Origin: Raja brachyura
Taxonomy: Eukaryota
DNA length: 64,000 nucleotides
Reading direction: 5' to 3'
Assembly: GCA_963514005.1 (NCBI GenBank)
Contig: CAUPSL010000619.1
Span: forward strand, 1-64,000
Below the pieces are notes generated by a model. That model saw nothing but the letters and a program-made list of their open reading frames with translations, was not told where the DNA came from and searched no databases. The translations under genes were made by a program, and so were the position numbers. Shown here piece after piece: positions 22,441 to 36,921 of the stretch (positions are counted from its first letter, which is position 1; the number at the start of each line of letters is the position of its first letter).

Positions 22441-25396
22441 GGCAAACGGAGAAATGTTCGTTGTTTTCAAAATCTCGCTGCCCCGCATTTGATATCGGAG
22501 GACAGGTGCTGATGTCTTTAGGAGGCAATGTGGCGTGCATCTGACGCCGGATTGGATGGGTTGTCATAATCCACGCAATGCGAGCCCGTTTACTTAAGAC
22601 ACGCCCACCATAAGATGAAGGGGGGGGGGTGCAGCGACACTCGATACAGTAAAGATCCTATCGACTGTTCAACACCATTCGGTGGGTTTTGACCACCGTT
22701 GAATTATTTTCTCCGAGTACTGGCGTAATGCCTTTCGCCACGTCTTGTCACAAGTGTATGATCAGGTCGTGGGGAGCAAACAAGGAGGAAAATTTACCCG
22801 GGAACCGACCAGCTGAAAGATTGAGTGTAAGGGCCCAAAGTGCGAGGATGTGCGGAATGAAAAGTCAATAAACTGGTAAGTAAGTTGGGAAAATGGAGTT
22901 CATTTGCGTGCAATGGTTGATCTATCTTCAGACCGTCTGAAGAAGCGTCTCGACTCGAAACGTCGCCCAAACCTTCGCTCCATAGATGCTGCCTCGCCCG
23001 CTGAGTTTCTCCAGCATTTCTGTCTTCCTTCGACTGTTCCAGCATCTGCAGTTCCTTCTTAAACATCCTGAATACATATTGATCAGCATGGATCTGTTGG
23101 CCCTAAGGTCCGCATGTACGTCTCAATGCCTCCCTCTATTTATCTCCGTCTCTTTTCTGTCGCAATGCCATAGACGAAGTGCATACGCAGACGCCCGCAT
23201 GCAAGCGGGTACGCGCGTCCATTGGAGAATTGGTGCACATCGGGAGGATTTTGGTGGACAGGCTTCAACGGAGCTTTTTTGCAATGCATTTGATGCATGT
23301 TCAGAGGAGACCCATCTCTGATCCCTTCGGTGAGTGAGTGGTCCTCAGGTGGAAAATGTGGGAGGCGAGCTTTTTACACAAAAAATGTGTGTATGTGGTG
23401 CCAGGTGTGGTGGTGGAGGCAGATATGATAGTAGCGTTTAGATGCATTTAGAGACGCACATTGATATCCATATTAACATATCGTGCACGGAAGATGTGGG
23501 CCGCAGGGAGCATTTCGACTTTTTTTCAGCCTAAATTCCATTATTACATGAAGGATACCGTCCGTATTCCTCCTGAGAAGATTATGAATCATTAACCTGT
23601 TGTAGTTTGGCCTGGGCTCTCATAAGTTATACAATCCGACCACACCAGTTCTTTATTACTCCCTTATCTATGATTTTAAAACTATTGGTCCCATGGATAA
23701 AAAACATTGACCGTATGTCGCCACCAGAGGGAGCACGAGCATGCCACCTGCGCCGATCAAAGAAAGTAAAGCATCAGACAAGGAAGTCCTTTCCTGTGGT
23801 CGGGATCTACACCTCTAACATGCACATGTTCACTGTATTTGGGATTGTTATTGGTTTATTATAGTCGTCAGTACCGAGATACGGTGGGAAACGTGATTTC
23901 GCGTTCTCCGCTGAAAACAATCATACCATATATTATACAACTATACTTAGATTAGTGTTATGTAATGTCACGTGTCCCTAGCTGCAGTACCGAGAGGTTT
24001 GCCTTGTTATCCAGTCAGCTGAAAGATTATATATGATTACAATTGAGCTGACAATGTACATTGTGCAGACGCAGGGTAAAGGGTATAACGTTTAATGCAA
24101 TGTAAACCCAAGCAAAACTCCCATTAAAGTTAATCCGAGGAGCTCCAACGAGGTAAATGGCACTCCTGGCCACATCCTCACATCTCCACCCCTTTCTGCT
24201 TTCCTCCGAGACCGTTCCCTCCGCAACGCCCTGGCCAACTCGCCCCATCCCACACAAATCACCCCCTCCCCACTTTGCCCTGCAACCGCAGGAGATGCAA
24301 CGCCTCCCCACTCGACTGCATCCAAGGACCCCGGCAGTCCTTGCCGATGAGGCAGAGGTTCACTTCTACCTCCTTCTACCATTTCTGCTGTATCCGTTGT
24401 TCCAGGTGTTCCACTTTAATTCCCCCGCCTATTCCCAATCTGACCTCTTTGTCCTGGGCCTCCTCCATTGTCAGAGTGAGGTCCAGCGCAAATTGAAGGA
24501 ACAGCACATCATATTTCGCCTGGGTAGCTTACGCTCCAGCGATATGAACATTGACTTCTCTAACTTCAAATAGCCCTTGCTTTTATTCTGTCTCTACCCC
24601 CTCCCCCGCCCCAGTTCTCCCACCAGTGTTACAGTCTCCAATTGCATTCTATCCCTGTCCCGCCCACTCCCCTGACATCAGTCTGAAGAAGGGTCTCGAC
24701 CCGAAACGTCACCCATTCCTTCTCTCCAGAGATGCAGCCTAACCCGCTAAGTTACTTCAGCGTTTTGTGTCTACCTTCGAGGTTAATGACAGCTCAGGAC
24801 CGCTCCATAGTTGGTGATATAATAGTTCAGTTGCGTGTGGTTGAAAAAGGCAAAGGAAACAGAGTGAAGAATATAGTGTGAAACGATGAGCCGAACGAGG
24901 TAGGTGTGAAGATCGAAAGTAAATCCTTGCTAAGTGAGAGAGGTAAATTAATGACATTTATAGCTGCGAAGAAGAAATTAAACTTGAAACTGGTGGTGGC
25001 TGCTTTGGGCTTGTGTTTCTTCCACCCGGCGGGAGAAGGGCGAAGAGGAAATGACCGGCGTGTAAATTAATTTTGATTAGGTTAGCTGTTTTCCCCCAGA
25101 CAATGTGGAGTGCAGATATAGTCAATGGGATTGGCAGAATTGTTGGGAGTCAATGGAAATGCGTGGAGCTGGAATAGACACCGACAGAACAAAGGCCAAA
25201 GGTGTCTTTCATAATCGGCACACTTGTTGTCAAACCTAACATTTGTTGAATTTAGAATTGTGTAGGATTTAACAATTTCAGATTTTAAAGAACGTTCGGA
25301 GAATCGTGGTTCCACTCGTCCAAGAAGATTTAAATCACAACGTCTTTGGATGCCAGGAAACTGATATATCTGCTTACTTCCACGTGACCAGCGAGA

Positions 25397-25472
25397 GCGC
25401 CCTCTGGTGACATGTCGTCGGATGTCCTCCGCAGGATTTTGTCCGAGCCCGCTGCTTCTCTGAGTCAGTGTG
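25397..25472 (-). promoter_or_regulatory. 23-RSS of VA3 plus CTCF motif
   Basis: CACACTG-23-ACAAAATCC (25472-25434); CTCF core 25409-25397. Confidence 0.9.
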
Positions 25473-25902
25473 GGCTCCATGGCACAGAGATACACGGCAG
25501 AATCTGAGAGGAGAGCCCCCGCGATGTTCAAAGTCACCGTCCTACTTTCTTTGAGATAAGCAGCAGAAAACCTGTCTGAGAAATCAGGAGATCGTTGATC
25601 GGGCATTGTGTTTATTTTCTTCAATATATATATTGGCGCTTCCCCTGGATGCTGGACGTACCAGAAAGCAGTACTGCCAACGTAAGCTGCGGTAAACGTG
25701 CAATTCAGCTCCACGGTCTGCCCTTCGTCTGTCGCCAGTTTCGGCGGTTTCTGAGACACGCCATCGTCCCCGCGGGCTCCTGCAAAAAAACACAAAATTG
25801 TGAGCATTCCGGAGGCAAATCAAATCCTCGGCACGCAACGAAGATTCTTTTTTGACTAGGCCCACCGGAAAACACAAGAATCAATATCAGCAGGACAGAC
25901 AT
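25473..25902 (-). CDS. TCR V segment VA3 (leader 25902-25866, V exon 25779-25473)
   Basis: Near-identical to VA1 (one P>S change in FR3); open frame. Confidence 0.93.
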
Positions 25903-27821
25903 GGTGTTGTTCTGAAGGCGGTTAAGAGAATGTTGTCAACGCATGTAGAAGGTTGGTGTCCTTTTGTTGCAGTTGGAGGGCGTCACCCGGCTCGCGATTG
26001 GTTGGTTTCGCAGTTCAAGTTGGTTGGGCAGGAATCTACGATATATGCGTCATCTGAATCCAAATAGCACCGACGTTCTTCATGGGTGCTGAATGTAACG
26101 CGAAGGATCGGAAGCGTCTCTTCAGTACCTGCACCTCAGTAATAACGCGCAGTTAGAGATATTAGTTTAACATGGTATCATGCTTGACTTGGTCACTGTG
26201 GGCAGAAAGGCCTGTTCCTGCGTTGTATTCAGTTCAGTTTAGTGTATTGTCACATGCAATGAGGTACAGAGAATAGCTGTGGTTGCGTGCAAACCGGTCC
26301 GCGGAAAGACAACACATGTTTACAATCGAGCCATTTACAATGTAAGTACACGTGCTGAGGGAATAACGTTTAGTGCAAGGTAAAGCCAGTGAAGTCCGAT
26401 CAAAGATAGTCCACCTGTTCTATGAATTGTTCTATGATCTATGTATTGTATGTGCTTCCTCACCAATTAACTCCGGCGGATGCTCCGTGGCGATCGATCG
26501 GTATCAATTGCTCTCTCTGTAGTTCTTCTCTCTGCCAGGCTCAATCTGCACCTCTGTCACTCGATGCCATAGACAAATGCATTCAAAATGCTCTGTCGGT
26601 GCATACATAACTATATACACCTCACTCTGAAATTATCCACCATTTCTCACTTTCTCTCCTTCGCTCCCTCCCTCACAGATAGACTGCAAATCCGCGTCGA
26701 CGGACCTCGATTTCGCTGTACGGTTGACATTGCTGTTGTTTTTCTTAGCCGCCGTCATTGCTTTCGTGAACCTGCAATTCTCGCACATAGCCGCATTAAA
26801 ACGTGGGGGTGGGGGTTGCTCAACTAGTCTTGTTCCTGTCTGCCGCAACATCGATCTCCTTGCATGAGAAGGTATATTTAAGCCATTAGACCAGAAACTT
26901 ACAGAGAATAAGCACCGCTCGTGAAGATTGGAGGATTCAAGAAACAAGTGTACGGAGCTAATATTGCTTAATTTGGGCGAACAGTGACGCAGCTGGTAAA
27001 GATGCAGACTCACAACTCCAAAGTCCCGGATGCCATCCTGACCTCAATTTTTATTATTATTAACAATATTTCAGATTCGAAACAACCTTTCGATGAAGGC
27101 AGCTCTTAGGGGCCAGGGGAGGTTTGATTAGCAATTCCACTTCATGCCGAGCAATTGTTTTCTCCGAAGGTAGACACACAGTGCTGGAGTAACTCAGCGT
27201 TTCAGGTGGCGTCTCTGAAGAAAAGAGGATAGGTGACGTTTCGTATCGGGACCATTTTAAAACTAAACATGGGGGGGGTGGGGGGGACGAGTAAAGACCA
27301 GGAATAAAATCCGGACCGGCAACAAATGACACCAGGCAGGTGATCTGGGCAGCCAATGACTTGGGGAGATGTGTTGTCAAGAGTGGTAACTGCGGAAGTA
27401 GTGAAAAGACTAGTGTAGAGGATGGGACAAATGGGGAGGGCAGGGGCATTTTGTGTCTATGTTTGATATAAACCGGCCTCTGCAGTTCTTTGTTACTTCT
27501 GATTCTCTGGTTCTATATAAGCAGCCAGTGCGCCCCCTGGTGGCCGCGCGCCCTATCACGTCGTGCGTTTTTTCCGGGTCCACTACGTCCCTGAAGCAGG
27601 GTGAGCTGTGAACTGCACACAGGCAACGCCCCAGGTCAGGATCGAACGCGGGTATCTGGCGCTGCAAGGCAGCAACTCTACCACTGCGCTACTGTGCCGC
27701 CACGGAGGGTGAGCTACACATGTAGAGACAAATGGGAAATATATGCTAGGCATCTGGCACCTACAGTGTATTTGTTCTCCGCCGATTCGCAAAAGCACCT
27801 CCTTCGTTTAGCCGGATGACG

Positions 27822-27897
27822 GCGCCCTCTGGCGAGCGGTCGCGGGAGCGGCGTGAAAGGTTTTTGTCGTGGTCCGCTGATTAACTGCACCAGTGTG
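27822..27897 (-). promoter_or_regulatory. 23-RSS of VB3 plus CTCF motif
   Basis: CACACTG-23-ACAAAAACC (27897-27859); CTCF core 27834-27822. Confidence 0.9.
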
Positions 27898-28647
27898 GGC
27901 GTCATGCCGCACAGGTACACGGCCGAGTCTGACACAAGGGCCGCGGAGATAATTAAAGGGACCGTCCTACTATCTTTCTGAAAAACTGCAGAAAACCTGT
28001 CCGGCGACTGGTCCGCAAACCCAGTGCTCAGTCTCTTGAGGAGATATCTTGGCGCCTCCCCGGGGTATTGAATGTACCAGAAGGCCGCGTAGGCACCGAA
28101 CGCTGCAGAGTAACTGCAGTTCATTGTTACGCTTTGTCCTTCCACGGCCGTTTCTTCCGGCGGATCCTGGGACACCGACTTTTCGCCGCCCGTTCCTGTA
28201 AGAGCGAATATAACACGCGAGTGAATAGTTTAGTTTAGTTTGGAAATTCAGCGCGCAAACAGGCCCGTCAGCCCACCGTGGCCGCACTGACCAGCGATCC
28301 CCGCAAATTACAACTAACTAAAACACACGAGGGAAAGGTTTGCATTTGCAACCTGCCCCCAAGTAACCTACTAATCTGTACTGATCTTTGGAGTGTGGGA
28401 AGAACAATAAGATCTCGGAGAAAACCCACGCAGGTCACGGAGAGAACGTACAAACTCTGTGCAGCCAAACACCCGTGATCAGGATCGAACCCGGGTCATT
28501 GGCGCTGTAAGTCGGTAGCTTCCCCTACGCCACCGTGCCGCCCAGACCGACGGCATATTGGAGACCCGGACGTCACACTGAGCAGTTAAACACAGACTCA
28601 CCGGGCAGCATGAACATCATTATCAGAAAGGACCACGAGGAACTCAT
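27898..28647 (-). CDS. TCR V segment VB3 (leader 28647-28602, V exon 28195-27898)
   Basis: Paralog of VB1; leader MSSSWSFLIMMFMLP; open frame. Confidence 0.93.
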
Positions 28648-31600
28648 GGTGTCCAGTTTGAACGAAGAGTCGAGGAGAAAATGTTTATAGTATGTTCACG
28701 CCTCGTATCAGACATGCGACTGGAAGCTCTGACCGGGCTCATTAAAGATAATCGGGGACAGTTCCCTGGTGTTGGATTGGTTGCTTTCGTGGAAATAGCT
28801 CCGCCTTCTAATTTCACACGTTCGTGCAATACCCGAGTTTCATTTTTTCTCTCTATCTCTTTCTCTGACTCTCTCTCGAACACGCACACTGTGTCCCTCT
28901 CTCACTCTTTTTCTCTCCCATCACTCCCTTCGCTTCCCTCTCTCTCATTCTATGTGGAGCGTAAATTCCATTATCACACTATCTGTCCCCTTCTCACCAT
29001 CTCCTCCTCTCTTTCCCTGCCAAAGTGCGAGGATGTGAGGAATGAAAAGTCAGTAAACTGTTAAGTAAGTTGGGAAAATTTAATTCATTTGCGTGGAATG
29101 GTTGATCTCGCGTATCTCGCCTTCTGTGTGTCTCTCTGGTCTCGACGCCCCTCAATAACCTCCCCTCCTCCTTTACTTTTGAATTTCTTTGGAGATTTAC
29201 CGCGGTGTTCCCCGGGATAGCAGAACTCACTTGCGAGTGTTCAGCGTGTCAGTTTCCACACTTGCACAGACCGGTTATCTCCAATCGCAAAGCAAATCAG
29301 CGTTTCGCTAGTTGCAGAAACTGGGTGACCAAACGATGGAAGTCACCATCGGAGTGCAACCTTCTCTTCACGCCCTTGTCTTCATGGGAAGCTACTAGCG
29401 AGATCCAAAGGAGAGGACAATAGAAACAGACAACCGGATTGTAGCAACAATCATATACACGTTTTCTCATCCTACNNNNNNNNNNNNNNNNNNNNNNNNN
29501 NNNNNNNNNNNNNNNNNNNNNNNNNNNNNNNNNNNNNNNNNNNNNNNNNNNNNNNNNNNNNNNNNNNNNNNNNNNNNNNNNNNNNNNNNNNNNNNNNNNN
29601 NNNNNNNNNNNNNNNNNNNNNNNNNNNNNNNNNNNNNNNNNNNNNNNNNNNNNNNNNNNNNNNNNNNNNNNNNNNNNNNNNNNNNNNNNNNNNNNNNNNN
29701 NNNNNNNNNNNNNNNNNNNNNNNNNNNNNNNNNNNNNNNNNNNNNNNNNNNNNNNNNNNNNNNNNNNNNNNNNNNNNNNNNNNNNNNNNNNNNNNNNNNN
29801 NNNNNNNNNNNNNNNNNNNNNNNNNNNNNNNNNNNNNNNNNGGCAATGTTTCTTACAGTTCGAATTAATTTCCAACTGTTCTTTGTCTGCCCCACGGGGA
29901 GGTGGAAGTCGGTTCTCTGGATACTCTCAAGAGAGAGCTAGATCGGGCTCTTAAAGAAAGCGAAGTCAGGGATTATGAGGAGAACGCCGGAACAGGGTAC
30001 TGATTGGGGATGGCGGTTCTGGTTCGAAGGGCCGAATGGNNNNNNNNNNNNNNNNNNNNNNNNNNNNNNNNNNNNNNNNNNNNNNNNNNNNNNNNNNNNN
30101 NNNNNNNNNNNNNNNNNNNNNNNNNNNNNNNNNNNNNNNNNNNNNNNNNNNNNNNNNNNNNNNNNNNNNNNNNNNNNNNNNNNNNNNNNNNNNNNNNNNN
30201 NNNNNNNNNNNNNNNNNNNNNNNNNNNNNNNNNNNNNNNNNNNNNNNNNNNNNNNNNNNNNNNNNNNNNNNNNNNNNNNNNNNNNNNNNNNNNNNNNNNN
30301 NNNNNNNNNNNNNNNNNNNNNNNNNNNNNNNNNCATTCTCTCTCAGTCCCTCTCCTTTTCTCATGCTCAATATCTCTCATTCTCTCCTCTTATTCTCCTT
30401 ACTTCCACTATCTCGTCTTCGTTCTCTCCTTCTCCACACCGCCCTTTCTATTTAACTGGATAATCTCTCTCTTTCTCTTTTATTTCTTGTATCAGTATCT
30501 CTGTTTCTCTATATGCATCGCCTTTCCCTGCAGCGCCATTCATGTTGCTGTCGGTGTCCATAAGCTACATTTGTCTGTCTGCCTCTCCCTTTCCTGGCTT
30601 TCGGTGATGCCCGCCCGCTTCCGACTGAGACCATAGAAGGGTAAAGGGCGTTTTGCAGATGCAACGATACATAGATACATAGTCTAGAGCCTCCCGAGGA
30701 AATACATATTTGGCTCAATTATATCATGTCCCTATCAGGTGTGCCGTGTTCTCTTTATGTCATAGTGTTAAATATATTCCAATTAATAATCTCATACCAC
30801 AGCTTTTATACATGCCCCAACAGAGCAATAGAATCTGCTTGAGATGCGTGAAAAGAAGAAAGGGGAAATATTGGCTTTGGGTCTTCACCGAATCGTTGAC
30901 CTCTTGCATCAGGTGTTGCCGGACCCGCTGAGTTCTTCGGGCAGTTTAATATGTTTGTCCTCCAGATTCTGGACTCGACTTGAAGCACGGGCGCCTGAGC
31001 CAGAGGAAGAAGTTTTGCAGCCTGTGATTCTATACCTTGGGGGGCAGGAAGCCGGAGAGTGATCTTACAATGGTTTATAACACAATGGGAGGAATAGATG
31101 GGGTCATGCAGAGAGCCTTCACTCCCAATGTAGGAGCAAAGAGAAGAAAAGGGTACATGGTTATACTCTTCTATTTAACATATTCTAACGTTCTTAATGC
31201 GACCTGATCACATATCGATCTAATATTAATATAAGGATTTGATGATTCCTCGGGCATGCATCCCAATATCGCGAGGTCTCTCAAACATTCTTCCATAGCT
31301 CTGCATTTTCTGTGCTTTGAATAGGTTTCAATTTAGTTTAGAGACACAGCGCGGAAAAAACAGCCCTTCTGCCCATCGAGTCCATGCAGACCATCGATCA
31401 CACGTTCGCATTAGCGAACGTTATCCCACGTTGTCTTCCACTCCCTACACACCAGGGGCAATTTATATAGCCCAATAAACTTACAATCCCGCACGTCCTT
31501 GGGTTCATTGAGGAAACCGGAGCAACCGAGCGAAATCCACGCGCTCATAGGGATAACCTGCAAACTCCACACAGACGATATAGCAAGTCAGAATTGAAAC

Positions 31601-31974
31601 CGGGTCCCTGGCGCAGTGAGGCTGCAGCACTTCCCACTGTGCCACTGTGCTGCCCTGTTTTGTTGGTTGATTATATTCTTACTGAGTTCAGAGGATTTTG
31701 AACCCTCCTTTCCAGAATCAATTGTTAAACGCATGTCGCGGAGTGGTGAGGTGGGAATAGGAGCCTTGTGGAGCAATATGGGGGGAAATCACGCCAGGGA
31801 CTGCGAGGATAAAAGATGGTTCGTAGACGGGAAAAGCAAAAAAAAAGGCCAGTCAACGAGAAGGAATAAATCCAAACCAAAAATGTAAAGTAGGTTGGAA
31901 GATGAAGCTCTGCGCTTCGTCTTTGAGGGTAATATTCGATGTTGGGGTGGAGTGTTTTTGGAAGATGGAAGAGA

Positions 31975-32052
31975 GCGCCCTCTGGTGAAGATTAGATCGA
32001 AATGACGGGAGAGAGTTTTTGTTCGGATCAGCCGCTTCTCTGCCACAGTGTG
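31975..32052 (-). promoter_or_regulatory. 23-RSS of VC3 plus CTCF motif
   Basis: CACACTG-23-ACAAAAACT (32052-32014); 26-nt gap; CTCF core 31987-31975. Confidence 0.9.
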
Positions 32053-33384
32053 GGCCTCATGGCGCAGAGATACACGGCGGAATCGGAGATAAGGACGCCG
32101 GAGATACTTAAAGGTATCGAGCGATTCCCTTTGTGGTAAGCAGCAGAAAACCTCCCAGGCAAATCGCGAGCCCGATCTCCGGAGTTTGTACTAATTTTTT
32201 TCAGTAGATATTTCGGCGCTTGCCCACCGTTCTGAATGTACCAGAAAGCGACATCGTGATTGTGAGATTTGGGGTAATTGCAATTAAGTATTACGGCCTG
32301 CCCCTCAACAACAGTGAGTTCAGGCGGATATTGAGACATGGACTCTTCGCCGTAGCTTCCTGTATTAAAGTAAAAAAAAAACATGCGATGAAGCTGAAAG
32401 CCAGCAACAAATAACCAACAAATAACATCGATCTGTACAGCACAGGAACAGAACTTCCTTCACAATATCGGTGCCGAGCATAATGCTAAAATAAACTAAT
32501 CTCACTTGCTTGAACATAATCCCTATCCCTCCATTCCCTGCTTATCCACATTCTTGCTTTTGAGGGAGTACAGCGTAGGTTCACAAGGTTAATTCCCGGA
32601 ATGGGAGGACTGTCATATGCTGAGAGATGGAGCGGCTGGGCTTGTACACTCTGGAATTTAGAAGGATGAGACGGGATCTTACTGAAACATGTACGATTAT
32701 TAAAGGTTTCGACATGCTAGAGGCAGGAAACATGCTCCCGATGTTGGAGGAGTCCCGAACCAGGGGCCAGTGTTTAAGAATAAGGGGTAAGCTATTTAGA
32801 ACGGAGATGAGCTATTTAGAACTCACACAGTGAGTCTATGGAATTCTCTCCCTCAGAGGGCGGTGGAGGCCGGTTCCCTGGATACTGTGAAGAGATAGCT
32901 AGATAGGGTTCTTGAAGATAGCAGAGTCAGTGGATAAAGGGAGAAGGCAGGAACGAGGTACTGATTGTGGAAGATCAGCCACGATCACATTGAACGGCGG
33001 TCCTGGCCCGAATAGCCGAATGGCCTACTCCTGCACCTTTTGTATATTGTCTATTGTCATATGGTTACCTAATCATCTGGCAAACACAACTTTCATCTAT
33101 GCCTGCATTGGCACGCCCTTCCATTGCAGTGTGTGCCAGGCACCCGTACCCCTTTCCCCGCACATCTCCTTTAAACATTGCCACTTTCACCTTAGAACTG
33201 CGCCCTCCAGACTTCGACACGTCGACCTTGGGAAGATGTGTTTTGACATTCTACCCTATATGTGCCTGCAACAATTTTGAAAACTTCTAATTTATGAGAT
33301 TCTAGATGCACATACTGAGCGTTTAAACGCAGACTTACTCGGCAGGACGAACGTTATTACGACCAAAGAACATGTAGACCACAT
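32053..33384 (-). CDS. TCR V segment VC3 (leader 33384-33339, V exon 32359-32053)
   Basis: Leader MWSTCSLVVITFVLP; CDR1 PKSHNHDV; open frame. Confidence 0.92.
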
Positions 33385-36300
33385 TGCAAACGGAGAAGAG
33401 TGAGTTGTTTTCAAGATCTCGCTGCCTCGCATCTGATATCGGAAGACAGGTCTTTAGGAGGCAATGTGGCATGCATGTGACGCCGGATTGGATGGGTTGT
33501 CATAATCCACGCAATGCGAGCCCGTTTACTTAAGACACGCCCACCATAAGGTGAGGTGGGGGGGGGGGGGGGGGGTACAGCGATACTCTTCAGATAATAT
33601 AAAATTTCTATCGACTTTTCAACAGCATTCTGTGGGTTTTGAGCATGAATTATTTTCACCGAGTACTGGAGTAATGCCTTTCGCCACGACTTGTCACAAG
33701 TGTATCATCAGGACGTCGGAGGCAAACAAGGAGGAAATTTTACCCGGGAGACGAGCAGCTCAAAGATTGAGTGTAAGGGCCCAAAGTGCGAGGATGTGAG
33801 GAATGAAAAGTCAGTAAATTGTTAAGTAAGTTGGGGAAATGGAGTTCATTTGCGTGCAATGGTTGATCTATCTTCAGACAGTCTGAAGAAGGGTCTCGAC
33901 TCACAACGTCACCAATTCCTTCGCTCCATAGATGCTGCCTCACCCGCTGATTTTCTCCAGCATTTCTGTCTTTCTTCGATTGTTTCAGCATCTGTAGTTC
34001 CTTCTTATACATTTTGAATACATATTGATCGGCATGGGTCTGTTGGGCATGTACGTCTCAATGCCTCCCTCTATTTATCTCCGTCTCTTTTGTGTCGCAA
34101 TGTCATAGACGAAGCACATACGCCCGCATGCAAGCGGGTACGCGCGTCCATTGGAAAATTGGTGAACATCGGGAGGATTTTGGTGGACAGGCTTCAACGG
34201 AGCTTGTTTGCAACGCATTTGATGCATGTTCAGAGGAGATCCCATCTCTGATCCCTTCGCCGAGTGAGTGGTTCTCAGGTGGAAAATGTGCGAGGCAAGC
34301 TTTTTACACAAAAAATGTGTGTACGTGGTACCAGGGGTGGTGGTGGAGGCAGATGTGATAGTAGCGTTTAGATGCTTTTAGAGACGCACATTAATATGCA
34401 TATTAACATATCTTGCACGGAAGATGTGGGCCGAAGGGACCATTTCGACTTTTTTCAGCCCAAATTCCATTCTTACATCAAGGATACCATCCGTATTCCT
34501 TCTGAGAAGATTAAGAATCATTAACCTGTTGCAGGTTAGCCTGGGCTCCCATAAGTTATACAATCCGACCAGACCAGTTCTTCATTATACCCTTACTTAT
34601 GAGTTTAAAACTATTGGTCCCATGGATAAAAACATTGACCGTGCGTCGCCACCAGAGGGAGCACGAGCATGCCACCCGCGCCGATAGAAGAAAGTAAAGC
34701 ATCAGACAAGGAAGTCGTTTCCTGTGATCGGGATCTATCCCTCTAATAAGCAGAAGTTGACTGTATTTGGTATTGTTATTGGTTTATTATAGTCGTCAGT
34801 ACCGCGATACGGTGGGAAACGTGATTTCGGGTCCTCCGCTGAAAAAAATCAAACCATATATTATACAACTATACTTAGTTTAGTGTTATGTAATGTCACG
34901 TGCCCCTAGCTGCAGTAGCGAGAGTTTTGCCTTGTTATTCAGTCAGCGGAAAGAATATACACGAGTACAATTCAGCTGGCAATGTACAGTGTACAGACGC
35001 AGGGTGAAGGGTACAACGTTTAATGCAATGTAAACCCCAACTCCCATTACAGTTAATCCGAGGGGCTCCAACGAGGTAAATGGCACTACTGGCCACATCC
35101 TCCCATCTCCATCCCATTCTGCTTTCCTCGGAGACCATTCCCTCCGCAACGCCCTGGTCAACTCGCCCCATCCCACCCAAACCACACCCTCCCCAGGTAC
35201 TTTGCCCTGCAACCGCAGGAGATGCAACGCCTCCCCACTCGACTGCATCCAAGGAACCCGGCAGTCCTTGCAGGTGCGGCAGAGGTTCACTTCTACCTCC
35301 TTCAACCATTTCTGCTGTATCCGTTGTTCCAGGTGTTAATTGGCGAGACCATGCGCAGGCTTTGCGATTGTTTCGCTGAACACCTTCACTCAGTCCGCCT
35401 CAACTTACTTGATCTCCCGGTTACTCAGCACTTTAATTCCCCCGCCCATTCCCAGTCTGACTTTTTTGTCCTGGGCCTCCTCCATTGTCAGAGTGAGGTC
35501 CAGCGCGAAATGAAGGAACAGCACATCATATTTCGCCTGGGTAGCTTACGCTCCAGCGATATGAACATTGACTTCTCCAACTTCAAATAGCCCTTGCTTT
35601 CAATCTGTATCCACCCCCCCCCCCCCCGTCCCAGTTCTCCCACCAGTCTTACAGTCTCCGATTGCATTCTATCACTGTCCCGCGCACTCCCCTGACATCA
35701 GTCTGAAGAAGGGTCTCGTCCCGAAACGTCACCCATTCCTTCTCTCCAGAGATGCAGCCTAACCCGCTAAGATACTCCAGCATTTTGTGCCTACCTTCGA
35801 GGTTAATGGCAGCTCAGGACCGCTCTATAGTTGGTGATATAATAGTTTAGTTGCGTGTGGTTGAAAAAGGCAAAGGAAAGAGAGTGAAGAATATAGTGTG
35901 AAACGATGAGCCGAACGAGGTAGGTCGGAAGATCGAAAGTAAATCCTTGCCAAGTGAGAGAGGTAAATTAATGACATTTATAGCAGCGAAGAAGAAATTA
36001 AACTTGAAACTGGTGGTGGCTGCTTTGAGCTTGTGTTTCTTCCACCCGGCGGGAGAAGGACGAAGGGGAAATGACCGGCGTGTAAATTAATTTTGATTGG
36101 GTTAGCTGTTTCCCCCCAGACAATGTGGAGGGCAGATTTAGTCAATGGGAGTGGCAGAATTGTTGGAAGTCAATGGAAATGCGTGGAGCTGGAATAAACA
36201 CCGACAGAACAAAGGTCAAAGGTGGCTTTCAAAATCGGCACACTTGTTGTCATACCTAATATTTGTTGAATTTAGAATTGTGTAAGATTTAACAATTTCA

Positions 36301-36416
36301 GATTTTAAAGAACGTTCGGAGAATCGTGGTTCCACTCGTCCATGAAGGTTTAAATCACAACGTCTTTGGATGCCAGGAAACTGACATATCTGCTTACTTC
36401 CACGTGACCAGCGAGA

Positions 36417-36492
36417 GCGCCCTCTGGTGACATCTCGTCGGATGTCCTCCGCAGCTTTTTGTCCGAGTCCGTTGCTTCTCTGAGTCAGTGTG
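36417..36492 (-). promoter_or_regulatory. 23-RSS of VA4 plus CTCF motif
   Basis: CACACTG-23-ACAAAAAGC (36492-36454); CTCF core 36429-36417. Confidence 0.9.
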
Positions 36493-36921
36493 GGCTTCAT
36501 GGCACAGAGATACACGGCAGAATCTGCGAGGAGAGCCCCCGCGATGTTCAAAGTCACCGTCCTACTCTCTTTGAGATAAGCGGCAGAAAACCTGTCTGGG
36601 AAATCAGGAGATCGTTGATCGGGCGCTGCGTTGAATTTCTTCAGTATATACATCGGCGCTTCCCCTGGATGCTGGACGTACCAGAAAGCAGCTCTGCCAT
36701 CGTAAGCTGCGATAAACGTGCAATTCAGCTCCACGGTCTGCCCTTCGTCTGTCGCCAGTTTCGGCGGTTTCTGAGACACGCCATCGTCGCCGCGGGCTCC
36801 TGCAAAAAACACAAAATTGTGAGCATTCCGGAGGTAAGTCAAATCCTCGGCACGCAACGAAGATACTTTTTTGACTAGGCCCACCGGAAAACACAAGAAT
36901 CAATATCAGCAGGACACACAT
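36493..36921 (-). CDS. TCR V segment VA4 (leader 36921-36885, V exon 36799-36493)
   Basis: Open frame; CDR1 IAAYDGRA; CDR2 region KKFNAAP; ends CAMKP. Confidence 0.93.
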